NCBI GenBank assembly: GCA_009602725.1
Contig: WELB01000027.1
Span: 395,459-459,458 of the forward strand
DNA length: 64,000 nucleotides
DNA from: Spirogloea muscicola
Lineage: Eukaryota
Direction: 5' to 3'
Position 1 is the first letter of the stretch. Each line of letters opens with the position of its first letter. The notes below the pieces were generated by a model. The model was not told where the DNA came from, made no database searches, and worked only from the letters and a program-made list of their open reading frames with translations. Of the stretch, positions 37,367-49,471 are shown in pieces. The translations under genes were made by a program, and so were the position numbers.

Positions 37367-40174
37367 TCAGCATGCTGGTCGCCACAGAGTCGCGTGGATG
37401 AGCGGCTGCGACTTCCACTTGAGCATGAGCGCGTCGCCCTGCTCTGCCATGGAAAACCCCACATGCTGCTCTGCTACAGCCCTCGGCTGGTCCTTTGCCG
37501 CCTCTGACCACGGCCTGTACATAGGATTGACCATCCAGCCTCAGATTATGCAGCAAACATGCAGCAAACGGGTCGTGAACCTGCGTATGTGAGACTCGTA
37601 CATGGCAAGTCAGCAAGCTAAGCAAAGCACTGTTCTCTCCTGTCACCTATCTGTCCTCCTGTGCTTGCTAGTGCCTCTGCAGCACTTGAGTACTTAATCA
37701 AACTCTGTCAAACTCTACTACATCCGGCATGGCTGCCACTTGACGCATTGTGACTGCACATATTCAGCAGCAAGTACTTCTGACCACTGCACAGCTGATA
37801 TTGCCTGGATATGAAACACAGCTGGTCCTGCCTGAATATGCAGACACACCTGCCGACAAACCCGGCGTCCTTCATGCGCAACTGCCACTTGCTCAGGTAC
37901 TCGGTGCGCTTGTGCCGCAGCAGGCCCTCACATGCAACCACCTCAAGGATGTGCTGCGATAGTATGTGCTGCTCAGCAACGCGCCGCCAGAGGCTCGTTG
38001 AGGGCATGTGGACGTCTGTTGCCTCAACGGCGGCCATGTAAATGTCCAAGCACTGCACACATTGTATATTGGCACACCATCCTCATGTGAAGCTTGTTGA
38101 AATTTGCATCCGACGTGTAGACCCAGAGGTCAGGAAAGTACTGTTCTGAAGTTATCTATCCATCAGCAGCTTGATGGACAGGAGTAAAGAAGTACGGCAG
38201 AGCTGTGTCATAACAGAGGCTGCAGCAGACCTGCTTGAAGCGCTGGAGGAAGAAGGGGCTGTTGTCATTGGAGTGCATCTCCACCAGTACCATGACATGC
38301 GGACGCAGCCGACAGAGCGCCCGCAGCGCCGCATCCCGAGGGCTGGACCGCAGGAGGCTTGCGTCTGGCAGGAAGCTGAGGCCCATGATATCATTAACAA
38401 CCAGCACCTCACCTTCCTCCGCACCGATCATATAGGGTTGCAGGCTCTCCAGCCGCGTCTCAATCACGTGGAATTCCAGCTGCACGCCCAATGAGTTGGC
38501 AACCGCCAACACCTGCTTCCCGGACTCCCCGTCCTGGCTGAGGTACTGCTCGTTGGCACACGTGTTCTCCATGATGCGGATGTGACTGTCGTGCACCCGA
38601 GTGATGCGCACATGGGGCGGCCCCCCCGGGAGGAGCGCCAGCACATGCAGGAGCCCTGGCCACTGTCCTGTCTGCGACAGCAAGACGAGCATGAAGTGAG
38701 AAAAAGCTGAGCAGCGTGTACAGTCAGAGGGGCGGCCAGAGAAAGCAGACTACCACCCATGTGCAGTTTGTGTGCACTGCCAGAAGCTTGGGCGGCCCAG
38801 CAAATTCCTGCAGCTGAAGCTCAGGGTTCAGGATTTGCAATGTGGGGCGATGATCTGTGAGCTGCTCCTTTTCTTGTCTGCTTGATGTACGACCTAGCGA
38901 GCGAGCACCGCCGCTGCCAGGGATGGCCAGGAGGACAAGGAGATGCTTACCCAAGTGGCAATGTCCAGGATGTGTATCCGCCGGCACGCGGCGGCCACCT
39001 CCAGGATGGTGGCATTGGCAACGCCATGGCAGAACTTTATGTACGGCATGTGCTGCTGGAACTCCCCCATGGCACTGACCATCGGCTGCAGAGGCGGCAG
39101 CGGCAGCGGGGGTGCGCGCAATTGGCAAGCGAGCATTGCATCATGCAATACAACGAAAGCTTCGACACAGAACGGTCACGACAGCCAAGCCCTGATTATG
39201 ATGGCCTCGCCTTGTTGCCAAATTCTCCATGGCCTTAAGAATCGCACATGCATGATGCCAGCTTCCTGGCGGCGAGGGGTTCACCTCGCTCATGCTCTCG
39301 GTCGCCAGGCGTTGCCGCCGGATGCACGCCTCGCCCTGGGTGCGGGCCCACAGCGCCTCCATGAAGTAGTAAGCGATGCGCTGGACGTAGGTGCCCGATC
39401 GGTCGGCGGCGCGGCCGAGGACGGTCATGAGGAAGCGGGCGCGCGCCTGGTCGTCGGTGGCCACGGCCTCAGCAAACGCCAGGAGCTGCTTCTTGATGCG
39501 GCTCTCCGGCGTGTCCACCGCCGCTGCCACCAGCTGCGCCGCCCTGACGGCGCCCGACGGCCGCTTCTGCAGAGGGCCGCTGCGGGCGCCGAGCACCGAG
39601 TGGAGGCGCCGCGTCGTCGCCTTTGCAGCTCCCGTCAGGCTGGTCAGCGCCAAGACCTCCCTGAACGGCGGGTCCAGCAGGCCGTACAGTCTTGGCAATG
39701 GAGGCGGCGGCTGATACCCCCGCCGCACCGCCAGCATGAGGCCTAAGGAAGGCGCGACGTTGCCGCCGCCTGCCTTGCCGTCGAGGTCCCGGCAGGCCGG
39801 GCCGCTGAGCGGCGAGCGATTGCCGATATCATCAAACTCATCCTGCAGCCAGGCGCACGGCTCGGCGGCGGCGGCGGCGGCGGCGGGGGCGCTGCCGGGG
39901 CGCCACGTGGCGCTCTGAGACCGGTCCGAGCCGTCGCTGCTGCTGTCGAGCTCCGGCGGGAGGTCGGATAGCGTCAGCGGCGGCGATGGCACGGACCATG
40001 CATCCATCGCCATGGGCCGCGGGCTCCAGTCCTCAGCGTCCGAGACGGCGCAGCCGCCGCCGCCACCGCCGCCGCCGCCAACGCTGTCGCCGCCGCCGCT
40101 TGCGGCGGCGCCTTCCGGCGGGGGGGATGCGCGCAGGCCGGGCCCTCCGCCGGGCCCCAGTCTACCATCGCCAT
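37367..40174 (-). CDS. GRAS-family transcription regulator 2 (multi-exon; start at 40013, or at 40174 with a homopolymer frameshift)
   Basis: LLAFAEAVATDD...SGTYVQRIAYYFMEALWAR, PYIKFCHGVANATILE...IHILDI, GQWPGLLHVLALLPGGPPHVRIT, NSPFFLQRFKQ|CLDIY, ILEVVACEGLLRHKRTE..KW..RMKDAGF, LMLKWKSQPLIHATLWRPAC*. Confidence 0.95.
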
Positions 40175-41229
40175 GGCTCTCGGCAGCGCCGCGGCCGCTG
40201 CGCCTTCGGCGAGGTCTGCGGGCGACCGGGCCCCTGCCCGCCGTCAGCCCGGCCAATTGGAGCGCGCGCAAAACCTCCGCAGCTCAAAGCGGGTCCGCAA
40301 TTGCCGCCGCGGCAGCCGCCGCGGCAGCTGCCGCGAAGCGCGCCGCGAAGTGCGCCGGGAAGGCCGGGCGCCGCGGCGACGGCCGGGCCCGGCTCTGGGA
40401 CAAGTTTGGCAGGGGACAAGAAGACGGGCGCCGTTTTCGTCCCGTCCCGTTTACAAAAATAATATTTGTCGAGCATGCAAACCTCCCCCCCCTCCCCCCC
40501 TCCCTTCCTCACGAACTCCCGCTGCTTTTGGGATGCCTGCGTTGAGACACTCTCGCCCGTAGCGTCCAGCCACGTCGTGTCGAAGCGTCAGCGTCATGTC
40601 CTCCGGCAGCGTCACCTTGTGGTGACCGGCTGTGTACTACGCGGGTGATGTCAATGCATTGCGGTACCCGATGCAGGGTGACGCAGGGTGACGCGCAGGC
40701 GCTGCCGTGCGAAACGTTGAAGTCGCCCCCTCGTGCGCGAAGTCCACTGCTGGCTGCAAGCTGCTCAGACTTTGGGGCTGCTGACTCAGGCGACAAAGAA
40801 GCTCTCCAAAGGGTTAAGCTCTTTCAGAAGTAGCGAGGGCAGTGGAATGCCAGCCCACAAAAGTATGACCAGGTATTGAGATGAGCTCCCACTCGTGGTG
40901 TTCGCTTGCGTAGTGCCCCTTGTGGAAAAGGAGTGGCTCCTCAACCGGGGCGAGGCTGTGAAAAGCAGCCCAAGACAGCTGGACAAGGTCCAAAAGGCCT
41001 AAAGGCAGTAAACCAACAACAGCGCTGCCAATTTGACTGGTGGCTGTGAGAGGCCAGCCCAAAGGAATGGACAGGGTCCTTCAATGGACAAGGACACTGA
41101 AAGCACACAGCTTTGCAAGTGGCTACACTGAATGGGCTCAACTAGCTTCAGTCAGCTGCCGCAAGTTGGAGTTCTCTCCCTCCCCAAAATCCACAACATG
41201 CGGCTGGCGCTCGCCATACTAATCAAGAG

Positions 41230-42680
41230 CATACTGCAGCAACCGCCATACCGCGCATTTGCCTTCTCTATCTCTCCAGAGAAAGAATGAGCTCCAGAGG
41301 CGATGCTGGCGCATGCCGCTACTGACAAGAGGTCTTGGCTGGCGTGGCGGCCCTTATCAACCCCTGGGCCTTCCTCAAATCTCCAGCTGCAATGCACTGC
41401 ACTTGCACTTGGCGACTTTGGCCCTTGGCTACGTGGCCTCGGCTGCCGAGCGCTTGCCTGCGCTTCCAGGTCGGCGTACCTGGGCAGTGGGCGCAGGTCG
41501 CCGCCCCATTGTCTCAGCACTTTCTTCTACAGTGGGCACTTTGTACTGGACCTGGTTGTCATGGAAGCGGAGAGCGGCTCGCTGCCATTTTAGGAATCTC
41601 TCTGGTCGGCCCGAAATTCGCTGCTGAATGAGCATCAGACCTAGCAGCGCGTGCAGTGCCCTTCACACACCTTGTGCACAACGCTGACCTGTGCCCTCAG
41701 GCTTACTATTTGGCCTAGGCGGTTAAGGTGGCCTTCGAGACGGCTTTGCAGCTTCTCCCCGAGACGGACCCGCAAGGGAGTGCACGGCTGCATTCAGCGT
41801 ACTCCCCTGGAGCCTTGGCATGACTTATAACTCTGCTTCTGTATGTTGCGCTTCAGATGCCGGGTTGAAGCCTTCCACACAGTAGTCCACCGCCTCCTTG
41901 GCCTTCCCTTGCCCTGTCTCCTGCAATGTGAGGTTGGTGACAAGGAGACTGATTCGCTGGAGCTGGCATCGCACGTTCTCCGGTGTGCGCATGGTGGGAA
42001 GCAGACGGCCACGGCGTGCTCAAGATTTGTTGGTCGGCATCTTCCTGGAGGCAGGTTATCAGGCAGTGATGGAGAACACATGGGTGATGCCAATCTAGAT
42101 TAAGCCTGACGGCCCTCAAGCGGGGTCGACCTATTGGCCATCACGTCTGGCGGTGGACCCGCATCATTGCAGACGGGGTCACCACCATAAAGTTCAACCG
42201 TTCATTCCACTATCCTCGGCATAAAGGCAGGGCACGCGGTCGCCTGCGCTGCCTGCGCAAGGAAGTCAAGCAGAACGATCACGCAGGCGGTGAAGTGCAC
42301 TTCTTTTCCTTGCCATCGACGTCCACGGGGCTTCTGAGCCTCGTTGGCTTGATCTCCTGTCAGCCGCTTGCAAGACAGCAATGGCCAATGGCACCAATTG
42401 GAGCAGGCACGTTGCATTGCCGCGAGCTCTCAGGCCCTGATTTGCTTAGTAATACGACTGTCTGCAGGGTTCCCCGGCACACGCCTTCATCTTTGTGCTA
42501 GTCGTGCCTTGGCTACCACCTCAGCCTACATGTGGGGCGACTCCTTTCCTGCTGCTAATCTCTCTGACGTGCGGCTGCTGACTAGGGATTACTGAGCAGG
42601 CAACCTTCTGGTTCTCTATGCTCTTCGGCTCGTTGGACCTTTTTCCCATGTTTGTGGGCTGGCTATTTACAGCCCACCCC
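41230..42680 (+). mobile_element. Decayed 3' half of a CRE/R2-type non-LTR retrotransposon (zinc motif plus restriction-like endonuclease)
   Basis: Frameshifted peptides: ATLAL..GLGCR...AYLG.WAQV; RLLGLPLPC...D...SHVLRCAHGG; FLEAGYQAVME...RVDLL....IIAD; AGHAVACA; FLAIDVHG; RLS..LHLCASRALA...SDVRLLTRDY*; then the 3' motif GGACCTT..TGGGCTGG..CAGCCC. Confidence 0.75.
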
Positions 42681-42739
42681 CCCTTTGGTACAGCTGCTGC
42701 TTCTTCGTGAGGCCTGCCCGCCCGAGGGTGGGCTTTGTC

Positions 42740-43095
42740 CGCGTACGTTGCAGATGTCGTCACCACAGACTCCATCGAACCTACATAAACATCTAGATCG
42801 GGGCAGGGCACGCAGTTGGCAAGGCTGCGGGCGTCCTCAAGTGCAAATACGCAGACCACCTTGGTGGTCTGCATATTGCGTTGCCCTTGCCGCACTGGCA
42901 GTCGGTTCCATGGGGCGCTGTGGCTGCTGCTTCTGTGTTTCAGTGTGGTGACACTTCCCCAGCTGCAAGCTATTCTGACTGCGGCTGCTGACTAGGGGTT
43001 ATTGAGCACCCAATCATTGTACCCGTGCGTTGGGTGTGATTCAGTGCTTTCCAGGACCTTGTTCATGTTAAATGTGGCAGGCCTTTTGCAGTCAT
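42740..43095 (+). mobile_element. Second, internally deleted 3' fragment of the same LINE
   Basis: GTCACCACAGA, GCAGGGCACGC, GCGGCTGCTGACTAGGGGTTATTGAGC and GGACCTTGTTCAT in the same order as in the upstream copy. Confidence 0.6.
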
Positions 43096-44622
43096 CGCCC
43101 CTTGTGGGCAACACATTCTCTCGCCTTGGGGAGGAAAAGCAGCTCTATCAGTGGGGGCAAGGAGCTACGAGGTGCTTTCTGGCCCCTATGAACCTTGTCC
43201 GGGGTTTTGAAGTGGAGTGGTGGGCCATCACCTCGTCATGTGGGAGCCTCTCCTCTCATGCCGTGCAGCAGCCGCCTTTCCCGCTGAGTCATCTGTCCTT
43301 GCATGTTTCGGCCCACCCTCAGTTGCGGCCCACCCCTCAGACATCATATATTGGTTCAGGCCTTGAACAGAAGAAAATTTGCTCTCTTGTTGCTGCTCAA
43401 CGGGCCCCCACGGTCTAGGAGTTCGATTGCATACGAGCTCCATCCCTTCACCCATTGTTGTAGTCAATTGGCTGGCTTCCACAACCGCCGCAGCGGAGCA
43501 GCAGCAGCAGGAGTTTTCAGGGGTGAGGATGCCCGTGCTCGGCCAATAAATTGCATGCCTGTGGAACTCCAGAGTGCGACATTGTGCACAACGATGCACC
43601 TGGAAAATTGATGCACCTTGCACCTTCACGCACAGTAAGGTCGTTAGCTGATTTACACTGGCCGCCAACTTTGGCAACCGTTGAGCTCCCATCAGAGGCA
43701 GTGGCTGTGAAAGCCTGCTCCTCCCAAGGAGAAATTGGTTGCAATCAGCAAGCTCAAGGGCATGGATGGAGAGTCTTGGAAATAAGAAGGCACCACAAGA
43801 TGAAAGCAGCCCAGCAGGTAAGCAGCAAGGGCTTTCTCGTTTCATGTTCAGATGCCAAGTGGCGACCTCGTACACAAAGGCGACTAAGTATGCCGGCATC
43901 TGCGACGGGCTTCTTCTTCTGCTCATGCTGCTACTGGGGACTGACCACGAAAAGCAGTAGATTGCATCGTTGTGTCCAACCTCAGGCTGCAGTCTTCAGA
44001 AGATGACCTTGCAGTAGCTGCATACATTATGCTGCTTGATGTGCTATTCCGACCACCTATGCTGGTATATGATCACTCCTGAACATTGCAACACCTTGAA
44101 AACTTCTTGAGCTAACTACTTGCAACGACTGCCCCTGTGGTAGAGCACTACTCTATGACGTTCCATAGCGCTATCATCATGTAGCGCTATGGCGAAGCTG
44201 TGACCCTAGCTCACCTGCTGCTCCTGGTCAACACGCATTGAGCATTCATTCGGAGTCAAGAGAGGAAACATAAGACTCTTGTCACTTGTGCACCTCTTCC
44301 GCATGCTATTATGCCCTGGCAGCCTTGCTGGCCTGACCCTTCCACTCGCGGCCCAGTCTGCATCAACTACTGCATTGGGCTTCCGCACGTCCATCATCTT
44401 CCTGCACTTTCTCCTTCATTACTGCGGCAGTCCTAGGACTAGAGCTCGCGTAGACGCCTACTCGCTGCGGCTTTAAGCCAGCGGATTGGCCTCCTTGAGT
44501 TGCATCGCCATGAAGCAACTCCCATGTACTCCCTGTTGGGCACTGGCCACTGCTCCTTCTTATGGACAATGTGTTGGCTCAGCTTTGCCTGGCTCGTCAT
44601 GTATGCGCACCGCGCCCTTTGT

Positions 44623-44712
44623 GCTAATCGCTTGTAGGCCCGTCCAAACCTTTGTCAATTCTTTTTGGGCTGGCTTTTCGCAGCCCTTGCCCCCATTGGG
44701 AGTGCCACTTCT
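44623..44712 (+). repeat. 90-bp near-identical direct copy of 441-530
   Basis: GCTAATCGCTTGTAGGCCC(C/G)TCCAAACCTTTGTCAATTCTTTTTGGGCTGGCTTTTCGCAGCCCTTGCCCCCATTGGGAGTGCCACTTCT; one mismatch seen. Confidence 0.92.
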
Positions 44713-45442
44713 TCTTTGTGCTTGAACAGGAGCTCCAGCTTCCGCCGGGGTGTCTTCTCGTGACGCTATCCATCGTCCAGTGGGTATTGAGAATGTAATG
44801 GAACTTCTGATGAAGAAAGAAATAGCTCTTCCTCTTGTTGGTTGGTCTCCCTTTCCAAGTTTCATGCGCACCGCGCGCGCCTTCTTTCCAATGCAAGGCA
44901 ATAGCTGTGAGAGAACGGGCCCAAAAAGAAATGAATGTCGGGAAGGGTCGGAAGGCGCATTTCTGATCCTGTCTGCAGCACCGGCGAGCTGGACCCAAAA
45001 TTGGCACGAAAGGGGGCGTGAATTTCAGAGGCGCCTGCTGCGCACGACGCGTGGCACCGACGTGGCGCCGCCACGGCACAGGCCAGCTGGCGCACCGACT
45101 TCGATACGCCACGTGTCATTAGAGAGCGACCCGACTGGCCGCGGCAGCAAGCGGATCTAGACATCCAATCGTTGGAGTCCGCGTGGCCGCAGCGTCCTCT
45201 GCAGGCACAACGCAGCTGCTGCGCTCCGTCATTGAGCTCGCGCTGCCGCCAGTGACGGGAGAGGATTGCCCGGCCCGCTATCCCGACGTGGCGGCGGCCC
45301 CCTCCCCGCCACATCATCCGTAAGACTCCGCCGTCCATATTCACAACCCGGGTGCAATATTCGCCCTCCCTCAATCGTCTTCCCCCACCGCCGCCTCTGC
45401 CGCCTCTGCCGCCGCCGCCTGCCGCTGCCTCGCCCGCCCGCC

Positions 45443-46739
45443 ATGGCCGCCCTCTCCGCCGCCAGCCTCGTCGCCGCCCCCGCGGCGGCCTCCTCGTTCC
45501 TCTTCGGCAACCAGAAGGTAGTTCGCCGATGCTTGGCCAGCTCGTGCCTCTCTCCTTTGACTCCGAGGGCCCCCAATGCGTGCAGGCCTCCCTCTTCTTA
45601 TGATGCATGGCGGCCCCTCAGAAGGCCTCGAGGGACTTGACTCTTCGGGCGGACGTCACATACGTCGAGCACTCCCCGAGAATGGGCCCGTTTGTTGAGC
45701 ATTTTGTGGAAGTCGCACCTGGGAAACAGTTTGTCAATGGATTGGTGACGCGATTTTAGCATGTTGCTGCAGACTCTCCGTGTGAGGCAAGTGAAGCCGC
45801 AGGTGGGACCGCTCAGGACGTTTGTCCCCATCCGTGCTGAAGTGAGGACAGGAAGTGACCCGGTGAGTACTCAATGTCAATGACTAAGACAAAAGTCGAA
45901 GTATTGGCTGTAAGGGTGACAAAGCCCCCGAAATGAGGGAGAAGTTGTGCTTGTAAGTCACAATTTTATGTAACGTCTCTGATGCATCTCGTGGCTTACA
46001 ATTGCAGGGCGGCATTGGAAATAAGTTGAAGGATGCTGCTGAGAAGGTGGCCGAGACTGTGGATGACGCAACTGCTGGACTGAAGGACGCCCTTTCCGAC
46101 GCTCGTGGCACAATCAGGGAGTGAGTACATCGTAACCACATACCTCCTTTCGGTCCAGATGAGAAGTGGGTCCTGCTCATTGGTTGCTTGTCACTGGGAC
46201 AGGTCGAGGTCTGGTAAGACTTCCCAGTTCCAACTTTGGCGAACGCTTTAAGTGGGACCATGAGCTTGAAGCTACCTGTAAGTCATAACGTGGTGACTAT
46301 AAGAGCTGACTTAGGTGGTGCGGTCATGTCGGTGATCCTCAGCGAGAGGACTGGAAAGCCTAGGAATCAGATAACGTCCGCATTAGGTGATGCGGCCAAG
46401 GCGGCAATCATTGGCAAGGCAACTCAAGAGATCCGCAAACGCATAGGAGCTGAAGTAGGTGGTGCAGCCATGTCGGAGGTTGTGAAAAGGGCAAGTGGAG
46501 CGATTGGAAATCGCTTAAAATCTGAAGTAGGTGGGACGAGTGGAGCACTTGTGGACCGCTTGAAATCTGAAGTGGGTGATGCGATAATGTCGGTGATTAA
46601 CAGTGAGGCAACTGGAAAGATCAGCGATCGTGTGTCTGGTGGCAAGGGTGAGGTTCGTGAGGTGACCATTGGGAGCAAGGAGAAGGACCCCAGCAGTTTG
46701 GCTGCTAACCTGGCTGTAAGTCGACTGGCCAGACTGTAG
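45443..46739 (+). CDS. Putative plastid-targeted LEA-like/helical-repeat protein (last exon uncertain)
   Basis: Transit-like MAALSAASLVAAPAAASSFLFGNQK|TLRVRQVKPQ...PIRAE, then GGIGNKLKDAAEKVAETVDDATAGLKDALSDAR. The downstream ORF has ~22-24-aa repeats (xEVGGAxMSxxxxxAxGxIxxRL). Confidence 0.55.
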
Positions 46740-47989
46740 TGGCTCCTGCGATACTGTGATGTTGCACCTGTAAGAACCTTGCGGATCTTTGTTGCCAAAT
46801 AGTCAAGTGAGTATGCTAAGAATCGAGCATACTGAAGATAACCTGCCATTGATTTGTCAAAACTTGTCACTGTGCTGTGCAGCAACAAGTTCAGGGAGCT
46901 GTAGAGAGTGTTACCGACAAGTTGACAGGCGCTGAGAACGCAACCCGGGGCTTTGATGACCCTAACCAGAAGGGTGCCTTTACGACTCCCGGCAGGGAAG
47001 CCAAGAAGCAGGCATGGGGTGACAAGCAAGCACCTTAAGCTTTGTATATTTAGTGAATGATAGTGGCACTAATCGTTCCAGCTTTTGACATTTCTCAGGA
47101 GGCTTTGTAAACTGTACATTATCAAGCCCTCCTGGACTGTTTGAGCAGAGGCCATTCAGTCTGATTGGCTAGCTCTGGCACTTTTGGATTTTGGTCATAT
47201 GGTTTTAAACATGCAATGTACTTTGTGCTTTAATCTACAAAGTTGGACTTCGATCTGCAGTTATAGGTACCTAACATATACTCCATTAGGAATCGATCAG
47301 AGTCGCACAGATGCACCGAATGTCTAATGCTTGTGCAGAATTTGCCATGTACTTGGAGGTGGGATGATTGTTTGCGGATGTTAATGTTAAAAGGCAGCAA
47401 TCGTAGCTGCCACTGCGCTTTGCAATAAAAAAAAGGACATAGCTGCAACAGCAGATTACCTGCGAGTGTAGCAAGCTCAGACCCTGCCCTGTGACGCTTA
47501 GGCGGATAATGATGGAATTGGTCGGCATCCTATGTTTGGCTTGTCTAGGTTTGGGCACTGCAATCTCGTAGCAGAAAGTTGTCAAAGTCGAGTAACCGCC
47601 ATGGAGAAGCTAGCCAGTTACTCACGCGGTCTAAGGACTCGCACTTGCAGCATAAGTTTACGCAGAGATCCATGTGCAGAAGACAATGACAAACGATCCT
47701 TGAACAATAGTGTTAGCTTCAATGTTGTTCCACCTAAATCTGGGGGAACCTGTAGATCATGCAATCACAATGTTGCAAAAACGCATAGAACGTGAAATCT
47801 TTGAACGGGGAGGGCTGCAAATGGCCTCTTAGAAGTACAATGTTCAAAGGGGTCCAGCAAGCAATACGTCACACAGCTACCACGACGGATGCAAGCACCA
47901 CGCAAATGTGGTCGCTCAGTAAACCCATAGTTAGCAGCCGCAGTCAACATATAAGCGGCAGACAGGAAGAAGCAGCTCCATTAAAGGGG

Positions 47990-48500
47990 GCAAGGGCTGT
48001 GGAAGGCCACAATAGAATGAACAAGGTCCGAAGGAGACGAAAACAGTCCCCCTGCTGATAGCCAGAGGCGGTAGCTAGAGCACGGATAAGTCGCAAATGC
48101 AAGGCGTGATTCATGGACCGCTGCAGCGACCGGGAGAGCCGCATGCGATACACCTGGGCTAGCGAGCAAGCGGCACATGGAATGTGCTCGCCATGCCGCC
48201 GTGAGGGCACACCGTGCAGCGGGCAAGCGGCTTCAACGGGGCCAGCCACTGAGACCTGAACGCCCGTGGACGTCGATGTCCACTGGGGCGAGTTCGTCTC
48301 CTTCAAATTACTTGGCCTCCTGGCCACCGGCGGGTTTGCCTGCTGCATGCCCAGCCTTTGAGGCTGAGAGCCTCTGATTTGAAGCCGTCAGCCACATCTG
48401 TGGTGACCACTATTTGCGGGGTTATGCGTGCCCCTGCCTGACTTGGTGGCCACCAGGTCGACCCTCTGCGTATGTGGTCCGTCAGTCCTGCTCTAGATGT
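47990..48500 (-). mobile_element. Decayed 3' fragment of the RLE-type LINE
   Basis: RRVDLVAT...VVTTDVA...GHAAG...IDVHG...YRMRLSRSLQRSMNHALHLRLIRALATASG, then GGACCTTGTTCATTC..TGGCCTTCCACAGCCC. Confidence 0.7.
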
Positions 48501-48764
48501 GCATTGTGGACGTATTCTCAATGGCCATGTTATATCCCGCCTCCAGGAGTACAGCAATCTGTTGATAAGCTGAACTCATACTAAAGCTTGGAGATTACTA
48601 CTGAATAGTCAGGACACAATTGGGTAGGCCTGTCTGCAAATCAATCTGCAGCAAATGTTGTATACGCCTTTGCTGGGAGTGGTTCAGCGTTTTCTGGCCC
48701 CTGTCTGAAGGGGCCAGAACTTTCGATTGCTGCTCTTTCTGGATCTCGTCGGGGTGACTATTTT

Positions 48765-49250
48765 CCAGCTGCAATACTCTGGCTTGCGGCTGCTGACTCG
48801 GGGTTAACAAGCTCCAGCTGTAGTCACTTGCATAGCCGTGTGCGCTTGGCGCCTTCCAGCTTCCCGGACCTTGTCCATTCTTGTTGAGCAATACCGCCCT
48901 TGTGATTTCTACCTTCACAGTCTGTACACAGCATCTGCACCTGAGTGTGCGACAATTGTATCGTGCTCGAAGATTGATAAGGTGATGCTAGAATAGGTAT
49001 GACAGCTGCGAGAGGTAGAGACCTGATATAGTGACACTAACTGAAATGATTGACAGCAGCGGCAGTGGCCCGCCTGACCTTGTTCATGCCTTCGGGCTGG
49101 CCTCCCACAGCCATGGCCTTACATCGGAAGAGCGATTTCTCTTTCCCTCTCTCAAAGCGCGGAAAGGCGCCAGACTACACAGCTATGCAAGAGAGTACAG
49201 CGAATGGGAGCTTAGTAACCCCGAGTCAGCAGCCGCAAGTCGGAGTAACC
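48765..49250. repeat. Cluster of short LINE 3'-terminal fragments in both orientations
   Basis: GCGGCTGCTGACTCGGGGTTA (+, ~48786), GACCTTGTTCATGCCTTCGGGCTGGCCTCCCACAGCC (~49076), TAACCCCGAGTCAGCAGCCGC (-, ~49216). Confidence 0.7.
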
Positions 49251-49471
49251 CGCAAGTGGAAGGTGTGAACGTGGCTTACCCCGTGATGCCTTGACACCTG
49301 GCACGGACCTGCCACGTCGGAGTTGCCTGCTCGTAACCTGTGCCCGCTGATCAGAGACACCCCCCGCCCGAGTAACCGCCAGTGTTACACTTGGCGACGA
49401 CGCTAACCGACAGTTATCGGCCAAGGAGGAGGGGTCCGAAAAAGGTCGGGGAGCGGCGGGCAGTGTCGGCT

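Noticed and set aside
43228..44200. 232-aa minus ORF and overlapping plus ORFs as a gene or transposase
   Set aside because: No recognisable motif or consistent exon structure; probably decayed TE DNA.
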